From: a virus
Lineage: Duplodnaviria; Caudoviricetes
Length of the DNA: 28,640 bases
Direction: 5' to 3' (one strand)
IMG/VR virus record: IMGVR_UViG_3300005804_000003
Span: 1-28,640 of that record
In this document: piece by piece, positions 26,947-28,640 of the stretch
Numbering within the stretch: the first letter of the stretch is position 1
How the letters are laid out: the number at the start of each line of letters is the position of its first letter
Program-made: the position numbers and the translations under genes
The notes under the pieces: generated by a model
Told to the model about the DNA's origin: nothing
What the model saw: only the letters and a program-made list of their open reading frames with translations
Database searches by the model: none

Positions 26947-28152
26947 TTATTTAAAGAACTCATGATTTGCTAATAGCTGAGCATTCTGCTCCTTAGTTAC
27001 CTTTATATATTTCATAAAGGCCTTTTCTGTTTTATGCCCGGTTACCATCATTATTGAGATTGATGGGATCCCGGCGAGGTACATATTGGTTGCTCCGGAT
27101 CTCCGGGCAGTATGAGTAGTTACCAGCTCCCATTTTTCATACTTACGGGAAACCTTTTTGCCACCCTCCGTTTTTGTTACTACCACCGTTGAATTAATCC
27201 CGGCAAGCTTGCACACCTCTTTTATATAATCGTTTAGCCTTTGGTCTGATATTTTAGGTAACTTGTAACTATGCTTTTCTAATATCTGTTTGGCATTTTT
27301 ATGTAGCGGAATAATTACTCTATCTCCGGTTTTTTTAGTGGTTTTATAAATAAGTTCATTCTGCACGTTATCCTTATTTATAACCTTGTAATCAGAGATT
27401 CTCATAGCCGTGTAGCACCCGATAAGGAAAATATCTCTCGCATTAGACAGTTTATTGTTGGGTAGATCCATTGTTCTTAATTTCTCAATCTCCTCGGTAC
27501 TTAAATATATATTGTCGGCAGCTTCCTCGGCCTTTTTAAAGCTATCAATTGTTGGGCTAATCCTTATACCGGTTTTTTCGTAGTAATGCAATACAGCTTT
27601 TATGTTTTTTATCTGCAGAGACGTGTAATTAATTGTAGGAAACTTTGAATCTCCGGATAACCTTTTTATTGCTCGTATGGAAAACGACTTTTGAAACTTA
27701 TCTAAGTAGCTGTAATCAATATCTGCAATATCAACTCCGTCAGGCATCAGCTCACAAACTGCGTTGTAAGTTGTAATGTAAGATTTTATATTACTTCTTT
27801 CCGGATCGTTATCGATAAACTTTTTGAAACAAGTTTTAAAACAGTAATCTTTCTCGACAGTTGCCTTTCCTCTAAATATGTCCAGCTGCTCCCTTAGCTG
27901 CTCATTGCTCATCCCGGGGATATAGGTTGACTCCACAAATCGAGTTAAAGACTTTACGTATTGATTTATGATCTTTGCCCGAGGGAACTCGTAGCACTCT
28001 TTAGCCCTTTGACTTTTTTTGACCCAATACTTAACAGGCACTATTTCGCCTATCGAATATTTAAGCGGTTTTTTCTGCCCGGTGAAAACGAACATATAAA
28101 TCAAACTGCTATCTTTGCTGGGCTCCTTTAATAAAAAACTTATCGTCATCAT
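26947..28152 (-). CDS. int: Tyrosine recombinase / phage integrase
   Basis: TAMRISD, KKT, HTARRS, TGH, and Y in FMKYIK give the catalytic set; N-terminal arm-binding-like region. Confidence 0.95.
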   Translation of the reverse strand: MMTISFLLKEPSKDSSLIYMFVFTGQKKPLKYSIGEIVPVKYWVKKSQRAKECYEFPRAKIINQYVKSLTRFVESTYIPGMSNEQLREQLDIFRGKATVEKDYCFKTCFKKFIDNDPERSNIKSYITTYNAVCELMPDGVDIADIDYSYLDKFQKSFSIRAIKRLSGDSKFPTINYTSLQIKNIKAVLHYYEKTGIRISPTIDSFKKAEEAADNIYLSTEEIEKLRTMDLPNNKLSNARDIFLIGCYTAMRISDYKVINKDNVQNELIYKTTKKTGDRVIIPLHKNAKQILEKHSYKLPKISDQRLNDYIKEVCKLAGINSTVVVTKTEGGKKVSRKYEKWELVTTHTARRSGATNMYLAGIPSISIMMVTGHKTEKAFMKYIKVTKEQNAQLLANHEFFK

Positions 28153-28161
28153 AATTCGTCG

Positions 28162-28182
28162 GGGGAATTAGCAGGGGAATTA
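28162..28182. repeat. Tandem GGGGAATTA direct repeats, candidate integrase arm sites
   Basis: GGGGAATTA at 28162 and 28174, GC-rich within an AT-rich spacer between int and att. Confidence 0.55.
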
Positions 28183-28295
28183 TTGAGTTAATTAATATAA
28201 ACAATAAAAGTAAATAAAAATTAAAGCGAATTGTAAAACACTTTAAATTTAAGTATTATTTACTTATTAAATATCTACAAATTAAATAATTTTGC

Positions 28296-28310
28296 TCCCA
28301 ACCGAATCAC
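28296..28310 (+). other. Putative att core: displaced 3' end of a tRNA (Arg-like)
   Basis: TCCCAACCGAATCAC reads as T-arm 3' strand plus acceptor 3' strand; about 145 bp from the int start and followed by a terminator. Confidence 0.65.
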
Positions 28311-28325
28311 AAAGCAAAAAAACTT

Positions 28326-28352
28326 AAGCCGCAATTAATTGCGGCTTTTTTT
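28326..28352 (+). terminator. Terminator, probably that of the host tRNA gene
   Basis: Perfect 22-bp palindrome AAGCCGCAATTAATTGCGGCTT plus T run. Confidence 0.85.
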
Positions 28353-28408
28353 GTGTTCTGGACTATCCGCACGCAAATTTATTTGCTGCGGTAGTCCAAA
28401 CACAAAAA
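28348..28408. repeat. Long imperfect inverted repeat (REP-like) in flanking host DNA
   Basis: TTTTTGTGTTcTGGACTAtCCGCAcGCAAAT-tt-ATTTGCTGCGGTAGTCCAAACACAAAAA. Confidence 0.6.
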
Positions 28409-28640
28409 GGGCGTAGCCCTTAAGTTTTTTTGCTTTGAATGGCCCCCCACCAGGGAACGCCGAGCGAACACTTTGACGCAGTTTGAGGTAACTATCACAT
28501 TGATAGTTATTTAAAAATCGAATTTTCACAAATTTCAAATAATTGTTTTCTGGAGCTACTCAAAATCAATTACTTACCTCAAATTGCGCCAAAGTGTGTC
28601 CCGTCCTGAAATAGGTTGACACAAAAACAGTGTCAATTTA

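Larger units (their letters stand above)
1..28310. mobile_element. Prophage (siphovirus-like, Bacteroidota-type), right-hand part; left end lies outside the window
   Basis: Syntenic head-neck-tail-lysis genes on +, ending in a tyrosine integrase and a tRNA-3'-like att sequence at 28296-28310. Confidence 0.95.

Noticed and set aside
28335-28538. 67-aa minus-strand ORF
   Set aside because: Runs through two hairpins, TTG start, no recognisable motif.

Overview
Right-hand ~28 kb of an integrated temperate siphovirus-like prophage, probably in a Bacteroidota host (inferred from TAnnTTTG promoter boxes, AT-rich SD-less starts, a lipobox followed by KKEDK, and the integrase type). Order: a three-gene accessory cassette (TIGR04255-like / unknown / PemK-MazF-like); scaffold, decoration, major capsid, neck and tail genes with a -1 frameshift chaperone; tape measure, Dit, fibres and tail tip; an antisense lipoprotein moron; lysis genes split around a second fibre/adhesin module; a structured non-coding element ahead of a 43-aa ORF / ABC-ATPase-GNAT / formyltransferase operon; a small YodC-like gene; a tyrosine integrase; and an att site resembling a tRNA 3' end, followed by ~330 bp of probable host DNA. 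Best novelty candidates are the ATPase-GNAT-formyltransferase operon (putative DNA modification) with its antisense pseudoknotted RNA, the tripartite toxin cassette, and a lone DUF6527-like gene inside the tail operon. All family assignments come from motif recognition by eye, not from database searches.
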